Positions 9,719 to 19,688 of a stretch of DNA of 64,000 bases are shown in pieces. The first letter of the stretch is position 1; the number at the start of each line of letters is the position of its first letter. Below the pieces are notes generated by a model. The model was given only the letters and a program-made list of their open reading frames with translations. It searched no databases and was not told where the DNA came from. Source of the DNA: Candidatus Sericytochromatia bacterium (lineage in GTDB: Bacteria > Cyanobacteriota > Sericytochromatia > S15B-MN24 > UBA4093); assembly GCA_036676495.1 (NCBI GenBank), contig JAKFCT010000028.1:128001-192000 (forward strand). Direction: 5' to 3'. Position numbers and translations under genes: made by a program.

Positions 9719-11008
9719 ATGACGAACGAGCAAGGGATTCACGCGGACCGTCCGGAGGGGCTTGGCGAGGTACGGGTCCAGCTGGAGCGGGCGCAGCATG
9801 AGATTGTCCGCCTCAAGGCGATGCTCGCCACGGTGGAGCGGCGCCTCTCCGAGCGGGAGCGGGTCGACTTCGCGATCAGCGAGGAGAACGCGCTTTACAA
9901 GGCCATCTTCGGCGCGCAGAGCGATCTCGGGGAGGGGTTCTTCATCGTGGACGGTCGCAAGATCGTGCAGGTGAACGAGGCCTTCACGCGGATCTCGGGT
10001 TACCGCCAGGATGAGCTTCAGGCGCTGGGATCCTTTTTCGAGCTGATTCCCGACGGGGAGCGCGAGTCGCTGCAGCGGCGCATGGCGAGCCGGCTATCGG
10101 GCGCCGACGTGCATGATCACTACGAGACGGTGATCGTGCACCAGCAGGGCCACCGGGTGAACCTGGAAGTGGCGGTCAAGGTGATCCACCTGGGCAGTCA
10201 GCCCCGGATCCTGGCGATCGCGCGGGACATCACGGGGCGCAAGCGCATGGAAGCCGCGCTGCACGAGCAGAACTCCCGGCTTCAGGAGCTGGATGCCCTC
10301 AAGAGCAACTTCATCAGCACCGTCTCGCATGAGCTGCGCACGCCTCTGGCGACCATCATGGGCTACACCGAGTTCCTCGAGGAGCAGATCGGCGGGCACC
10401 TCTCGCCCGATCAGCGGAGCTTCGTCTCGCAGATCCTGCTTGGCGCCCGGCGCCTGGAGCTGCTCGTAGACGATTTGCTCGACTTCGCCCGCCTGGAGTC
10501 GGGCTCGCTGCGCATGAACTGCCAGGAGTCGGACCTGGTGCAGAATGTCCGGGAGGTCGCGGAGAGCTTCGTCCCGCTGGCCCGCGCGAAGTCCATCGCG
10601 CTGCATGTCCGCTTGCCGGAACAGCCGTTGCCGCTGCGGGTGGATGGAGTTCGCATCGCCCAGGTGATCACCAACCTGCTCTCCAATGCGTTGAAGTTCA
10701 CGCCGCCGGGCGGGGAAATCAGCCTTTCCCTCGCTTGCACGGCGGAAGCGGCCTGCCTCGAGGTCCAGGACTCCGGCATCGGCATCAGCCGCGAGCATCA
10801 TCCCTACATTTTCGAGCGCTTCTACCAGGTCGATCCGAGCACGACGCGCATCCATGGAGGGGCGGGCCTCGGGCTCCCCATCTCCAAGGCCCTGATCGAG
10901 GCCCACGGAGGCCGGATCGGCGTCCGCAGCCAGGAGGGCCAGGGCTCCACGTTCTGGTTCACCCTGCCGCTGCAAGGCGCGTCGCCCGATCCCGCCGCGA
11001 GGGTGTGA
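9719..11008 (+). CDS. PAS-domain sensor histidine kinase
   Basis: PAS ([11 protein letters not shown]...ARDIT), SHELRTPL H-box, [20 protein letters not shown]. Confidence 0.93.
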   Translation: MTNEQGIHADRPEGLGEVRVQLERAQHEIVRLKAMLATVERRLSERERVDFAISEENALYKAIFGAQSDLGEGFFIVDGRKIVQVNEAFTRISGYRQDELQALGSFFELIPDGERESLQRRMASRLSGADVHDHYETVIVHQQGHRVNLEVAVKVIHLGSQPRILAIARDITGRKRMEAALHEQNSRLQELDALKSNFISTVSHELRTPLATIMGYTEFLEEQIGGHLSPDQRSFVSQILLGARRLELLVDDLLDFARLESGSLRMNCQESDLVQNVREVAESFVPLARAKSIALHVRLPEQPLPLRVDGVRIAQVITNLLSNALKFTPPGGEISLSLACTAEAACLEVQDSGIGISREHHPYIFERFYQVDPSTTRIHGGAGLGLPISKALIEAHGGRIGVRSQEGQGSTFWFTLPLQGASPDPAARV

Positions 11009-11067
11009 TTCGGGCGGGGGGCGGGTAGGAGATCCGGTGGCCCGCACATCGTAAAGGAGACTTCCCT

Positions 11068-11520
11068 GTGACGCAGCAACTGATCGGCCTTCCGCCTTCC
11101 GTCGACCCGGACGCCTGGCGGGGCTTGCTCGCCCTCGGAGAGCGCCAGACCTTTCAGCGCGGCGAGACCATCTTCGAGGATCGCTCCGTGGGCGACCGGA
11201 TCTACCTGATCCTCGAGGGCCCCGTCGAGATCCTCAAGGAGACCCATCCAGGCCAGAACGTGCGGCTCGCCATCCTCGAAAACGGCGCCATGTTCGGCGA
11301 GCGCTGCCTCTTCGGAGACGGCCGGCGCTCCGCCACCGCGCGCGCCTTCGGTCCGGTCTCGCTCCTGGGGATCCCGGCTGCGGACGTCAAGGAGTACCTC
11401 GACGGCCATCCCGCTTTCGCCGTGCAGTTCTACCGCTCCCTATGCGAGCAGTTCAGCCAGCTGGTCTTCGACCTCGACTCCGACCTGCGGGTCCTGCATC
11501 AGCGGCTCTCCTTCTTCTAA
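11068..11520 (+). CDS. stand-alone cyclic nucleotide-binding domain protein
   Basis: GETIFE...YLILEG...FGE...RRSATARA; AAGGAG RBS before GTG; no HTH. Confidence 0.88.
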   Translation: MTQQLIGLPPSVDPDAWRGLLALGERQTFQRGETIFEDRSVGDRIYLILEGPVEILKETHPGQNVRLAILENGAMFGERCLFGDGRRSATARAFGPVSLLGIPAADVKEYLDGHPAFAVQFYRSLCEQFSQLVFDLDSDLRVLHQRLSFF

Positions 11521-11544
11521 ACCGCTCGCGCCCGCAAGCCTCCG

Positions 11545-12360
11545 TCAACCGTTGCCCTCCGGGCCGAACACGCGCTCCGGATCCGCCATGAGGGCGGTGA
11601 AGGCCTGGGCCAGGCGGCTGGCCTGAGCCCCATCCAGCATGCGGTGGTCGAGGGCCACGCCCAGCGTCAGGATCGGCCGTACGACGACCTGTCCATCCAC
11701 CACCCAGGGCTTCTCCGTCACGCGGCCGAGCGCCATCACCAGCGAGCAGCGCGCGAGCGGCGGCACGGGAGGGAAAGCCAGGTCCAGCCCCAGGCTGCCC
11801 ACGTTGGTCACCATGGCGGCCCCGAAGGGATCCGGGAAGATGCCCAGCGCCGGAATCCCGATGCCGAGGTCGTGCGCGAGCAGGTCCTGGATCTTCAGGG
11901 CCAGCGGCATCAAGACCATCGGCACGCGATCGGTCACGGAGGTCGACCGGCGCAGGCGCTCCGAGCTCGTCTCCGCCCGCACTGCCCCCGCCCGCTGGGA
12001 GAGCTCGTTGGCGAGGCCCAGGATGCCCTTCGCGGGCACGTTTTCCAGTTTGATGCCCGAGAGGTCTTGCCCCCCGCGATCCACCTGCACGAAAAGATCC
12101 AGGTGCGGCCGCTCGACCCAGCGTCCGAACCTCAGCATGCGGGTGGATGCCGGCTCTTGAGCCATGACATGGGCGAGCGCCTTGATCACCAGGGCCAGCA
12201 TGGTGACGGGAACCCCCGTTCGCACGCGAAGGGCTTCCAGGTAGCGCAGGGCCGCCGTGGCATCGAGCTCGAGCATGCCGTAAGTGGTGGGATCATGGGG
12301 CTTCGGCCAGGAGGCGATCGCCACCTTCCGCCAGCCCCGGGGCTTGAACATCCGCGCCAT
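11545..12360 (-). CDS. 2-oxoacid dehydrogenase E2-like acyltransferase, catalytic domain only
   Basis: VTNVGSLG, GQVVVRPIL, DHRMLDG catalytic motif; no lipoyl domain; AGGAGG RBS before ATG 12360. Confidence 0.85.
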   Translation of the reverse strand: MARMFKPRGWRKVAIASWPKPHDPTTYGMLELDATAALRYLEALRVRTGVPVTMLALVIKALAHVMAQEPASTRMLRFGRWVERPHLDLFVQVDRGGQDLSGIKLENVPAKGILGLANELSQRAGAVRAETSSERLRRSTSVTDRVPMVLMPLALKIQDLLAHDLGIGIPALGIFPDPFGAAMVTNVGSLGLDLAFPPVPPLARCSLVMALGRVTEKPWVVDGQVVVRPILTLGVALDHRMLDGAQASRLAQAFTALMADPERVFGPEGNG

Positions 12361-12548
12361 CTCCCCTCCTTTGGCGCTATTATGCCGTATCCCTCGCTCG
12401 CATGAAACCCAAACAAACCGTTTCTCCAGACCTGCCCCGGAGTGCTGGCGCTCGCCCTCCGAGCGATCCGTGGCGGTGGAGCATGCGTTTACCCGGCAGG
12501 CTCCCCCCTCCATACTGAGCGCGTCCACTCGACAGGAGGAGGAGCAAG

Positions 12549-14060
12549 ATGCGCAGACGATCGTTCGGGAGCGAGGCAGGAGGTACGGCGGACGCGACGA
12601 TCGGAAACGCGGCGCGACGTTCCCGGCTGCTGAAGCCCTTGCTGCTGGCCTCCATGGCCCTGGCTTCGTGCCATGTCCCCGGAAACGGAGGCATGTCGAT
12701 CGCCCAGACCCCCGCGCGCTGGGAAGGTCTCCCCTTCCGCCAGGCAACGACGACCGCCTACGCCCTGACCCTATATGCGGACGGCTGGGCGCTGGTGAAC
12801 GAAACCGCTCAGGTCGCGCTGGAGCCCGGCGAGCAGATCGTGAGCCTCTCTCCGGTGGCTCCCCAGGTCGAGCCGAGAGGGGCCTACCTCCAGATCCCGG
12901 GGATGGTGAGCGATCGGCGCTTCCGCTACGATCTGCAAACCCGGGAACGGCTCATGGAGCGCTATCACAACCGCACGGTCGAGATCGAGACCGCGACGGG
13001 CTCGATCAAAGCGACCCTCTTGATGACCGAAACGGGGCCGATCTACCGGATCGGGGAGCGCCTCACGACCGATCCCGGCGGCCGCGTGGTCTTCCCGCCT
13101 CTGCCGGAGCTGGCCGTCGAACCCACCCTGGAATGGCGGGTACGGATGGCGTCCCCTTGGAGTGGCTCGGCGACCGCATCCTATGTCGTCAACCGGCTGG
13201 GATGGGAGAGCGAGTACACGCTCAGGACCGATGCCGAGCAGACGCGCGGGGTCTGGACCCAATGGGCGGCTCTTAGCAACCAATCGGGCGGGCGCTACCC
13301 GGATGCGCAGGTGACCCTGGTTGCGGGTGACGTGCGGCGCGACGTCTACCGTCCGATGCCGCTGGACCACGGCGGGGCGCGCGCCTACTCGGAGGTGGCC
13401 CCCGCAGAACCTTACGCCGCCCGCTACCAGTACCGTCTGCCGGACAGGACGACCCTCGAGCGCAACAGCGAGGTCCGCAAAAACCTGGCCACGGCGGAGG
13501 GAGTGCCCGTGACGCGAAGCTATCGGATCACGAGCGCGGTGAACCTTTATCGCTCCGTCGAGCCCGAGCTTCCCCGCAAGGCCCAGATCCGGCTCACGAT
13601 TCCCAACACGGAGGCCGCCAACCTCGGCAGGCCCCTGCCGCGCGGCAAAGTGACGGTCTACACCCCGAACCGGCAAGGCGAGCAAGCCATCGCCGGCGAA
13701 CCCATGATCCCCGATACCCCCAAGGGACAGCTCATCCTCCTCCCGCTGGGAGAGGCCTTCGACGTCACGGCCGAACGCAAGCAGACCCAGTACGAGGTCA
13801 CCGAGGACGGCGCCCGGATCGGCTACGCGATCACCCTGAAAAACCAGCAAGCGCAAGCCGTGACCGTCGAGGTCTCGGAGCTCGTGCCGAACGACTGGAG
13901 CGTGCTCAGCCACTCGCACCCGTACGAACGCGTCTCGGCCTCCGAACTCCGCTTCAAGCCCTCGGTTCCGGCCGGCGGTGAAGTCACCGTCACCTACGTG
14001 ATCCGCATCCGCACGCCGAACGCGCCGCAGCGCGTGCCGCCAAGCCCTGAGCCCCGGTAA
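12549..14060 (+). CDS. DUF4139-domain exported protein, possible lipoprotein
   Basis: LTLYADGWALVNE, SYVVNRLGWESEY, LGRPLPRGKVTVY, GEAFDV; lipobox-like LASC. Confidence 0.8.
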   Translation: MRRRSFGSEAGGTADATIGNAARRSRLLKPLLLASMALASCHVPGNGGMSIAQTPARWEGLPFRQATTTAYALTLYADGWALVNETAQVALEPGEQIVSLSPVAPQVEPRGAYLQIPGMVSDRRFRYDLQTRERLMERYHNRTVEIETATGSIKATLLMTETGPIYRIGERLTTDPGGRVVFPPLPELAVEPTLEWRVRMASPWSGSATASYVVNRLGWESEYTLRTDAEQTRGVWTQWAALSNQSGGRYPDAQVTLVAGDVRRDVYRPMPLDHGGARAYSEVAPAEPYAARYQYRLPDRTTLERNSEVRKNLATAEGVPVTRSYRITSAVNLYRSVEPELPRKAQIRLTIPNTEAANLGRPLPRGKVTVYTPNRQGEQAIAGEPMIPDTPKGQLILLPLGEAFDVTAERKQTQYEVTEDGARIGYAITLKNQQAQAVTVEVSELVPNDWSVLSHSHPYERVSASELRFKPSVPAGGEVTVTYVIRIRTPNAPQRVPPSPEPR

Positions 14061-14179
14061 CGTTGTCACGCTGACAGGGTATCCGACCTGGCGATTTATC
14101 TTCACCACCTATCGAACACTCCAACAACAATTCAACATGATGGGTCAGCAGGGACGCTCCAAACGGACTCGACAACGTT
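14059..14179 (-). ncRNA. candidate structured non-coding RNA, unknown class
   Basis: closing stem AACGTTGTC/GACAACGTT, nested GCTGAC/GTCAGC stem, and an inner hairpin that pairs only with G-U wobbles on the minus strand. Confidence 0.45.
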
Positions 14180-14248
14180 GCAGCAAGACAACCCCTCGTC
14201 TTTGCCCGGCGATAGAGATCTGGCCAGGAACCGGGTAGAATCAAAGGC

Positions 14249-14989
14249 ATGAAACGACTGATCTTATTCGACATCGACGGGACGCTGCTCTCCCTTCGCG
14301 GCGCGGGGAAGGGCTCCTTTCGACGGGGCCTCGAGGACGTCTACGGCACGGCCGGCCCCATCGAAGGCTGGGACTTCGGAGGCAAGACGGATCGCCTACT
14401 CTGCCACGAGCTGCTTGGAGCCGCGGGCCTTCCCGCCCATGAGATCGAGGCGGGGGTCGACCAAGCCATCTCGCGATACCTCGGCTACCTCGAAGAAGCG
14501 CTCGCCGACCATCCCGTGCACGTGCATCCGGGTATCCCCGAGCTGCTGGACCACCTGGCGGCCGACACCCGGGTCACCCTTGGCCTGCTCACCGGAAACG
14601 TCGCCGCGGGAGCAAAGCTGAAACTTGCGGCCGTCGGGCTCGCGGATTACTTCCGGCTCGGCTCGTACGGCTGCGACTCGGCCAACCGTCGCGACCTCCC
14701 GGCCGTGGCGATCGCCCGGGCCGCGGCGCTCACCGGCACCACGTACGCCGGCAAGGAAGTCGTCATCATCGGGGACACCCCCCATGACATCGACTGCGGC
14801 AAGGTGCTATCCAACCGGACCATCGCGGTGGCAACCGGCAGCTTCTCGCAGGAGGCCCTGCAGGTTCACGCCCCCGATTTTCTCTTCGACACCCTGGAAC
14901 GCACCGACTCCGTGCTCCAGGCCATTCATTGCGATTTCCCCGAACGGGAGCCGAAGTCCCGGACGTCCCACCTCCAACCCGCTCCATGA
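14249..14989 (+). CDS. HAD-family hydrolase (phosphoglycolate-phosphatase-like)
   Basis: FDIDGTL motif I, LLTGN motif II, IGDTPHDI motif IV. Confidence 0.92.
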   Translation: MKRLILFDIDGTLLSLRGAGKGSFRRGLEDVYGTAGPIEGWDFGGKTDRLLCHELLGAAGLPAHEIEAGVDQAISRYLGYLEEALADHPVHVHPGIPELLDHLAADTRVTLGLLTGNVAAGAKLKLAAVGLADYFRLGSYGCDSANRRDLPAVAIARAAALTGTTYAGKEVVIIGDTPHDIDCGKVLSNRTIAVATGSFSQEALQVHAPDFLFDTLERTDSVLQAIHCDFPEREPKSRTSHLQPAP

Positions 14990-16188
14990 CCCCAGCCGTC
15001 CTCACGCTCATGGTGGCGCAGTTCGTCACCTTCGTCGGAGTCTCCTTCGTCTTCCCGCTGCTTCCGCTCTACGTCGCCGAGCTCGGCGTGACGGATCCGG
15101 GGCAGGTGGCGGCCTGGTCGGGCTTCCTCGGAGCCCTCACTCCCCTCTGCTCGGGGATCTTCATGCCGTTCTGGAGCCATCATGCCGAGCGCATCGGGCT
15201 CCGCCCGCTGATCCTCTGGACGATGCTCGCCTACGCGGTAATCATCGGGGCCATGGGCTTCGTCGGCTCGGTCTGGCAACTGGCGGCGCTCCGCGCCATG
15301 TACGGCATCATGGGCGGCCTCTCGGCCATCGTCGCGGGAGCCCTGTCCAAGCTCGTGCCCGAAGAGAAGATCGGCCGAACGCTCGGCCTCATGCAAACCG
15401 TCAGCAGCGTCGCCTTCGCCATGGGCCCCTTCCTGGGGGGCATCACCAAGGATGCCTTCGGCTACAAAGCCACCTTCGGAGTCGTCGCGGCGCTTTGCCT
15501 GCTCGGCGCCCTCCTGGTCGCGCTCGGCTTCCGTGAGCCCGCCAAGGCGGCCAGCGCTCCCAAGCCGAAGACGACGGGCCGGGAACGCTTCCAGCGGGCG
15601 ATCGCCCTCGTCGGCCCCATGATGATCCTCATGGCCGTGGCCCAGCTGGCCGTGAACTCCTTCGAGGTCCTCCTTCCCCTGGCCGTCCAGCGCTACCCGT
15701 CCGCCGCCGGCTCGACGGCCTCGTGGGCGGGGGCTGCCCTTTCGGTCATCGGGCTCGGAACCATCGCCTCGTCCCTGCTCCTGGGCTGGCTCTCGGATCG
15801 CTTCGGCTCCGCCAAGATCCTGGCACTGGCCTTCGGGGGCGGTATCGTGAGCGCCGCGGGCCTCGCGATGAGCGCCAGTCCCGGCAGCCTCACCCTCTGG
15901 TGCGGTATCTGGGGCCTCTTCACCGGAGGCATTCCCGCGGTGGCGTACGCCCTGGGGGCCAGCCGCGTCGCGGCGGACGAACGGGTCGCCATCATCGGCT
16001 GGATCGGCTCCGCCTCGGCCTTCGGAATCGCCGCAGGCCCGCTCGTCGGAGGCCTGCTCGGAACGTTCAGCCTGGGGGCCGTCTTCGGCTTCTCGGCCGC
16101 GCTTTGCCTGCTGGGCGCGGCAACCGCCTGGCTCTCGACCTCACTCCGCCCCGTGGCACGGCCTACTCCGGAACCAAACGGGGTATAG
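14986..16188 (+). CDS. MFS transporter (DHA1/MdtG-like)
   Basis: FPLLPLYVAELGV, about 12 TM, GWLSDRFG; ATGA overlap with the HAD stop. Confidence 0.88.
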   Translation: MTPAVLTLMVAQFVTFVGVSFVFPLLPLYVAELGVTDPGQVAAWSGFLGALTPLCSGIFMPFWSHHAERIGLRPLILWTMLAYAVIIGAMGFVGSVWQLAALRAMYGIMGGLSAIVAGALSKLVPEEKIGRTLGLMQTVSSVAFAMGPFLGGITKDAFGYKATFGVVAALCLLGALLVALGFREPAKAASAPKPKTTGRERFQRAIALVGPMMILMAVAQLAVNSFEVLLPLAVQRYPSAAGSTASWAGAALSVIGLGTIASSLLLGWLSDRFGSAKILALAFGGGIVSAAGLAMSASPGSLTLWCGIWGLFTGGIPAVAYALGASRVAADERVAIIGWIGSASAFGIAAGPLVGGLLGTFSLGAVFGFSAALCLLGAATAWLSTSLRPVARPTPEPNGV

Positions 16189-16220
16189 AGAGTTGCCCGC
16201 TTCTCGCGAAAGGAACCCAC

Positions 16221-17657
16221 GTGACCGCTGACTTCGACCTGCTCGTGGTCGGAAACGAGACCGAAGCCTGCCTCTCCGCCGTTGCCGCCGCCCGAGCGGG
16301 CGCGCGTACCGCCCTGGTCATCCCGCCCCAGGCCATGTTGGGGGGCCTGCTCACGGAGGACGGCCTCAGCTTCGTCGATCGCGACTCGCGCCATCTCATC
16401 CCCCCCGGCGAGTCGCCCCACGACGGGCTCTTCGGGCAATTCCTCGCCCGCGCCGACGTGAAGCTGGTCGCCCTGGAGCCCGACACCGGAGCTCGCGCCC
16501 TGGGAGAGATGCTCGACGCATCAGGCGTCACCGTGATCCGTTCGGACTGGCAAGGTGTCGTTTTGGAAGGCGATCGCCTTCGCGCCCTCGTCCTTGCCAA
16601 CGGCGAAGCACTCGGTGCCCGCCACTTCCTCGACGCCACGCCGGACGGGGACCTCGCGGAAGCGGCAGGAGTCCGCTTCACCTTCGGCTTCCACGAATAT
16701 GGCATCCCCAAGATGCTGGGGATCAGCCCGCTGCCGATCGTGAAGGGCGTGAGCCCCGAACGCATCGTGGAAACCTGCCGTCAGCTGGCCGAGGTCCCTG
16801 AGTTGGAGGCGCTGCGGATGCAGGTCTTCGGCGAACGGCGCTTCCTGGAGCTCGATCACGGCATCGACTACGTGCTCGTCGGGCCGCCTCACCTGGGTTT
16901 GGCCTACCAGCGCTGGCGGGAAGCGCAGGGGATCACGACGCCTTATCGCTTCGAGGCGGATGGGTTCAATGTGGCGGTCATCGCTCCGGACACCACCTCC
17001 TGGAATGGCCTGATGTACTTCAGCGAGGATACGGACACGCTCCTGCGCCTCTCGCGGGAGGGGGCGGATGCCGTGTTCAAGGAAGAGGCCCGGCGCTTCG
17101 AGCGGTTCTTGCAGTCGGAGCTCGGCTGGACCGATGCCAGGGTCGAATTGCCGTGGGGGGTCTACGTGCGTCAGACCCGGCATGCCCTGACGGTCCGGCG
17201 CCGGCTCACGCTGGAGGCGATCGCCCGAGCCGACGCCCCCGACCGCATCGGGACCGACCGCGTCGGAAGCTTCTGCTACTACCCGGATTTCCGGGGCTTC
17301 CATGCCCCCAAGCTTCCCGGCCCGCTCACCGCCCCGATCCTCATGGCCTCCGGGCTCGCCTCGAACGTGATCAATCTGGGGATCGCCAGCCGAGCGGGAG
17401 GTTACACCCCGTTTGCCCACTCTCTCTGCCGCCTGGTGCAGTACAACGCGACCCTGGGAACGGCGCTCGGGGTCTCTGCGGCCATGGCGGAACGCGACCT
17501 GGGGAAGGTCTCGGTCGCCGAGGTCCGCGGCGAACTCGAACGACTCGCCATGCTCGCGGATGATCCCGTGGGATTCGAGCGCAATGCCCCGGTCCGGACG
17601 GCCATGCAAGCCGACCCGGTGATTTCCCTGGAAAGCGCCCCTGTCGCGACGGGATAA
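16221..17657 (+). CDS. FAD-dependent oxidoreductase (FAD_oxidored-like)
   Basis: FDLLVVG...AVAAARAGA, LGGLLT, FLDATPDGDLA, YVRQTRH; AAGGA RBS before GTG 16221. Confidence 0.75.
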   Translation: MTADFDLLVVGNETEACLSAVAAARAGARTALVIPPQAMLGGLLTEDGLSFVDRDSRHLIPPGESPHDGLFGQFLARADVKLVALEPDTGARALGEMLDASGVTVIRSDWQGVVLEGDRLRALVLANGEALGARHFLDATPDGDLAEAAGVRFTFGFHEYGIPKMLGISPLPIVKGVSPERIVETCRQLAEVPELEALRMQVFGERRFLELDHGIDYVLVGPPHLGLAYQRWREAQGITTPYRFEADGFNVAVIAPDTTSWNGLMYFSEDTDTLLRLSREGADAVFKEEARRFERFLQSELGWTDARVELPWGVYVRQTRHALTVRRRLTLEAIARADAPDRIGTDRVGSFCYYPDFRGFHAPKLPGPLTAPILMASGLASNVINLGIASRAGGYTPFAHSLCRLVQYNATLGTALGVSAAMAERDLGKVSVAEVRGELERLAMLADDPVGFERNAPVRTAMQADPVISLESAPVATG

Positions 17658-17665
17658 CGCGGGCG

Positions 17666-18319
17666 CTAGTGCGGCTCTTCGCCGAGACTGTTCCAGGTGA
17701 CGCGGGAGGCTCCGGCCTCCGTGAGCCGCTCGACCCAGACGAGGATGTCGTCGCCGGTCACGCCACTCAGGACGACGCTGAAATGAAGCACGGGGCCCTG
17801 GTCTCCCGTGGAGCGCTCCCCTCGCCTCAGGACTCCGCGGGCCTCGTCGAGCAACTCCCGGATCCGCGGCCCTCCCTCGGGAGGCACGAAGACGTCGAGG
17901 TAGACGCGCTGCCGCTCGGGAGTGGGAAGCAGATCGGCGATATAACTGAGCAGGAGCAAAGCGCCCAGCGCAAAGGCGGTGGCGATCAGGGCAATCGATA
18001 TCCAACCCACGCCAACCGCCATGCCGATGGCCATGGTCATCCAGAGGGTCGATGCGGTCGTCAGGCCTCGCACCAGGTAGCCCCTGTGCAGGATCACCCC
18101 CGCCCCGATGAAGCCGATGCCCGTCACCACCTGGGCCGCGATCCGAGACGGGTCGCCCGAGGGAAAGCCATGCTCGGACAAGAGCGTCAGCAAGGTCGTC
18201 CCCATGCCCACCAGCACATGGGTGCGAAATCCCGCCGCCTTGTTCCTCCACTCCCGTTCGAGCCCGATCAGTCCCGACAGCACCGCGCTCAAGAGCAGGT
18301 AGAGCACGCTCAATAGCAT
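17666..18319 (-). CDS. MgtC/SapB family protein
   Basis: IGLERE...AGFRTH, DPSRIAAQVVTGIGFIGAG, GLTTA. Confidence 0.93.
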   Translation of the reverse strand: MLLSVLYLLLSAVLSGLIGLEREWRNKAAGFRTHVLVGMGTTLLTLLSEHGFPSGDPSRIAAQVVTGIGFIGAGVILHRGYLVRGLTTASTLWMTMAIGMAVGVGWISIALIATAFALGALLLLSYIADLLPTPERQRVYLDVFVPPEGGPRIRELLDEARGVLRRGERSTGDQGPVLHFSVVLSGVTGDDILVWVERLTEAGASRVTWNSLGEEPH

Positions 18320-18322
18320 CGG

Positions 18323-19381
18323 TTAGCTTTTTTTCGGAAGGAGCCTCGCAGGCTGCGCGAAACCTTGGATGCGATGGTAGAACGACAGGCCGCGGGCTGA
18401 AAGTCGCGGAAAACGCCCTTGCAACCAGAACCCCATGCGGTTGTGCCAAAGATCGAGGTCGTAGTGGGTGTGCACCAGCATCCCGTTGACTTCCCGGCTA
18501 GGCAGCCGGAGCACGTTCGAGCGCAACGCGAGGAACGCTTGCTCCAGTGGGATGTAATGGGCGGTGACCGCGCTACGCGAGTACTCCGGGGTCAGGGTCG
18601 GCAGGCTGCCGTGGATGGTCTTGCCCGACCATAGGATCGCATCTCCCTTGCGCATGGCGGGCGCCCAGCACTCCAGGCCGCTCTCGGAGATCATGCGCAC
18701 GACGTGGTCCTTGTACACCTGATGGTTGGGATCGCTCGGCGGCTTGGAGGGTACCTCCAGGCGGTGGCTCCGGGGATAGACGTAGAATCGGCCCGCCCCT
18801 GGCAGGATATCCTCCAGGGCGATCCAGATGCCGACCATCCGGCCGAACTCCTCGGCATCGATGTAGTAGGAATCCTGGTGCGCCCAGGTCGCTTGATTGC
18901 CCTCGAAGTACATGGTGTGCATGAGCTTGCCGGGACCGTCGAAGAGGGCCATGACGACCTGCTGGACGTTGGCATGCGTCAGGACGTTGACTCCGAATTG
19001 CCGGAAATCAGGGTAGCGGGAGGACGGGAGGTCCTGGAGGTTCATGATCGGGTACTGCATGTAGCCGTGCTCGGTGAAGACATGGCGCTCGGGGCGCGAG
19101 GAGGCATGCCGCATGAAGTAGTCCCGGCTGGGCGCCACCTCCCGCTTGAAGGCGGAGCGCAAGGAGTCGCACGCGTCCGCTGGGAGGACGTTGCGGACCA
19201 CGACGTACCCTTCTCGATCATAGTAGGCGCGGATCGCCGCATGATCCCCGGGCCCCGGATACGGGTCCGACGCGGGATCGTAGCGGACCGGGATAGCGAT
19301 CTCACGGCCGTCCGGTGCCTGGATGGGGTAACCGCGGTCTTGCGCCTTCTGCATCATGCGAGACTCCTTCACCAGCGTCAT
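18323..19381 (-). CDS. phytanoyl-CoA dioxygenase (PhyH)-family Fe(II)/2OG oxygenase
   Basis: YDREGYVVV, HQD (HxD), WIALED, KGDAILW...IHGS; start could be 19357. Confidence 0.88.
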   Translation of the reverse strand: MTLVKESRMMQKAQDRGYPIQAPDGREIAIPVRYDPASDPYPGPGDHAAIRAYYDREGYVVVRNVLPADACDSLRSAFKREVAPSRDYFMRHASSRPERHVFTEHGYMQYPIMNLQDLPSSRYPDFRQFGVNVLTHANVQQVVMALFDGPGKLMHTMYFEGNQATWAHQDSYYIDAEEFGRMVGIWIALEDILPGAGRFYVYPRSHRLEVPSKPPSDPNHQVYKDHVVRMISESGLECWAPAMRKGDAILWSGKTIHGSLPTLTPEYSRSAVTAHYIPLEQAFLALRSNVLRLPSREVNGMLVHTHYDLDLWHNRMGFWLQGRFPRLSARGLSFYHRIQGFAQPARLLPKKS

Positions 19382-19688
19382 GCGGTCGCGTCATGGGAGC
19401 GATTCGTTCGAGCGGTTCATTCGAGTGCTTCAAAGATGAGGGCCCGCCATTCTCCCGGAGGAAAGGGCATGTCCTTATCCTAAGCAAGCGACCTTGCCTC
19501 ACCTATGGCCGTGCGGAAGGGGTTTTTCGTAACTTTCGCCCAGGCTTCACGGGTGGCGCGCATCCAACGTCACCTCCCGAGTCGCCAGCGCCTCTCCTGA
19601 GGCGTAATCCTCCTTGGCGGCCATCGCGGAGAGGCCGGCCTACGGGTAGGCTGGAGTCGTGCCGCGGCGCCGGCCGAAGGAGGTGCCC

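Noticed and set aside
14059-14200. glmS ribozyme, retron ncRNA, Y RNA, SRP or tRNA identity for the structured RNA
   Set aside because: Only isolated words match (GACGAGG, GTTCGA, CAGGTC); the required flanking motifs and partner genes (glmS, reverse transcriptase, Ro/Rsr) are absent.
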